Source: Selaginella moellendorffii (Eukaryota > Plantae > Lycopodiophyta). Taken from it: a DNA stretch of 64,000 nucleotides. This document shows positions 62,348 through 64,000 of the stretch, one piece after another. The stretch's first letter is position 1; each line of letters begins with the position of its first letter. The notes below the pieces were generated by a model that saw nothing but the letters and a program-made list of their open reading frames with translations, had not been told where the DNA came from and searched no databases. The stretch is from NCBI RefSeq assembly GCF_000143415.4, contig NW_003314322.1, positions 269,691 to 333,690 on the forward strand, given 5' to 3'. A program made the translations under genes and the position numbers.

Positions 62348-64000
62348 ATGGCCTTCAGGGTTGGGGAAAAGGTTTACATTTTGAATGGTGGGAAGAGAGT
62401 TGCAAAAGGGACCCTTGTGTCTATGGATCGGAACTTTGTTATACACTGTGAAAGGCTTGGGGAAGGCAATGCTGCTGTATCAGTAGAGACTGTCTTCGAT
62501 GGGAATGTGGTCGCTATTGAACGAGGAGAGATGGTCGTCGGGGTAAATGTTGTTGTTGCCTTGAAAAATCTTCAGAAGAAAGCAGATGTTGGGGACAGCG
62601 CAAGTGCGACGCATGTTCCCTCCGTGGATCTTAAGAATCGTGCTACATGGATTCAGGCAAAAGTGTTTCTAAACAACCCCGAGGGGGAGGTGGTAGCTGA
62701 GGGCTTAGCCACAGTTGTCGATCCAAGAGATGCGGTTGCTAATCAAGAATTGGGCTGGGATGATATTGGAGTTGCGATTTTAGAGGTTGTTGACACAGAA
62801 GAAAACAGTCTGACTATTGGAAGCATTGTGCGGTGGAAATTGAGGCACTTAGTGTTTGAGAATGTGAAGGATTCACAATCAAACACCACTACAACTGATG
62901 ACAGAACATCTCTTCATGGGAAAAGAAAGTACACCTTCCTAAAGCGCAGCCAAAGGGATCTGAGCAACGAACCGAAAAGGCAGAAAATGGCGATGGAGGT
63001 TCGAATGGTCTCGACAGTTGCTTGTTGCAAGAGGAGGTGCTGTCAACATGCTGATTGGGATGCTATTGAAGAGGAGAGAGCAAGATACAAGACATTGTCC
63101 TGGAAGGCAGCTCGCAATTTTGTGTATGAGGCATTACGGTCATCTGTTGATGCTTCAGAACATCAGGTGGGGGGCATGGTCTTCCAGAGGGGTTTGGTCT
63201 GCATGAAGGCATGGAGAATCATTTATGGAGTCCCTCGAAGCACATTCTACAGAATCAAAACTGAGTTCGAGGAACAAAGGGTTCAACAGGCAGTCCATGG
63301 GAACGACGGTACGCACAAAACCAGGGGTCATGTTGTATATGGAGAGGCAATCTTCAAGAGGTTTGTCGAGACATGTAGCGAGCAGCAACCACATAAAACC
63401 CGCCTCTTGGAAGATGGAACACGAGACACCCAACGAGTTCTCCCTTCCATGTATACCAAGGGGGCCATATTGGAAGATGTGAATCGGGAACTCCAGAGTA
63501 ATGGCTACAGGAAGCTGAGCCAATCTAGATTTAGTAGATTGTGGAGCAACAGGTTCAGGGATGTGAGTATAGGAAAGAACTCCAGCTTTTCAAAGTGTGA
63601 CGAGTGCACTGCTATCAAAATGGCTTTGTCGAAGAATTCTTGCAGCGCTCAAGAGCGAGAGACGTTGGTTAGAAGGCGGCTCGACCACAACATCGAGCAG
63701 AGAAGCTGCAGGACTGCATATTATCATAACAGGATTCTCTCCATGGAGAGACCTGACTCTTACCTCTGCATCATCCACGACAAAATGGACCAGAAAAAGA
63801 CGTGCTTACCTCGACTCAATCCTGCCCCCAAGGCAATCTCTTCATCCATGCAGCTGCCTGTGTCTCTGTTTGGCATAATCGCTCATGGGCATGGTGCCCA
63901 GAACTATGGGAACTTCTTTGTACCTCTATGGGGTGGCGGGGGTGCAAACATGATGATTGCGTCCCTAGCAAAACACTTAAGGTCTCTGCAAAGTGCGCAG
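62348..64000 (+). CDS. Sola-like (DUF7869-type) transposase, open to the window end, so absent from the ORF track
   Basis: Stop-free manual translation from MAFRVGEKVYIL: two VA[KE]G..LG repeats, CCKRRCC, VCMKAW..IYGV.RSTFY, HGN, FSRLW..F..V.I....FSKCDEC, H..EQR..R..Y, IIHDKMDQKKTCLP, LFGIIAHGHG and GANMMI. Confidence 0.75.
   Translation, partial: MAFRVGEKVYILNGGKRVAKGTLVSMDRNFVIHCERLGEGNAAVSVETVFDGNVVAIERGEMVVGVNVVVALKNLQKKADVGDSASATHVPSVDLKNRATWIQAKVFLNNPEGEVVAEGLATVVDPRDAVANQELGWDDIGVAILEVVDTEENSLTIGSIVRWKLRHLVFENVKDSQSNTTTTDDRTSLHGKRKYTFLKRSQRDLSNEPKRQKMAMEVRMVSTVACCKRRCCQHADWDAIEEERARYKTLSWKAARNFVYEALRSSVDASEHQVGGMVFQRGLVCMKAWRIIYGVPRSTFYRIKTEFEEQRVQQAVHGNDGTHKTRGHVVYGEAIFKRFVETCSEQQPHKTRLLEDGTRDTQRVLPSMYTKGAILEDVNRELQSNGYRKLSQSRFSRLWSNRFRDVSIGKNSSFSKCDECTAIKMALSKNSCSAQERETLVRRRLDHNIEQRSCRTAYYHNRILSMERPDSYLCIIHDKMDQKKTCLPRLNPAPKAISSSMQLPVSLFGIIAHGHGAQNYGNFFVPLWGGGGANMMIASLAKHLRSLQSAQ

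Larger units (their letters stand above)
51075..64000. mobile_element. Putative large DNA transposon: Sola-like transposase + ParB/MTase-like/HAD gene + dispersed 22-bp palindromes; right end lies outside the window
   Basis: Two divergent genes share a region-specific palindrome that I did not see elsewhere in the window. Sharp left boundary against an LTR fragment. No TIR or TSD could be confirmed. Confidence 0.6.

Noticed and set aside
63018-63878. Short ORFs listed in the track at the window end
   Set aside because: Alternative frames of the single long transposase ORF starting at 62348.

Overview
Eukaryotic land-plant genomic DNA. Introns of about 50 nt, very short intergenic gaps and TTTAGGG repeats suggest a compact genome such as the lycophyte Selaginella (inference). 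Layout: (1) 1-8.6 kb holds an LTR fragment, a decayed and internally inverted Helitron (3' end at 896), and nearby histone-H3-like and ArfGAP gene fragments. (2) 9.3-19.0 kb is a dense island of five host genes: NT-C2 protein, F-box protein, cytosolic pyruvate kinase, EXO84 and FAM136A-like. (3) 19.5-51.07 kb is a nest of Ty3/gypsy LTR retrotransposons, including a chromovirus whose integrase region carries two spliceosomal introns. (4) 51.07 kb to the window end is the most unusual part. It is an apparent large DNA transposon with a Sola-like (DUF7869-type) transposase ORF facing away from a multi-exon gene of about 1,600 aa (ParB/Srx-like domain + degenerate amino-methyltransferase-like domain + acidic linker + FCP1-like HAD domain), which is interrupted by a solo LTR. 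This unit carries about 22 copies of a 22-bp palindrome (ATGGCRTG-N6-CAYGCCAT), several of them one per short intron. All domain calls come from reading motifs by eye; no database search was run.
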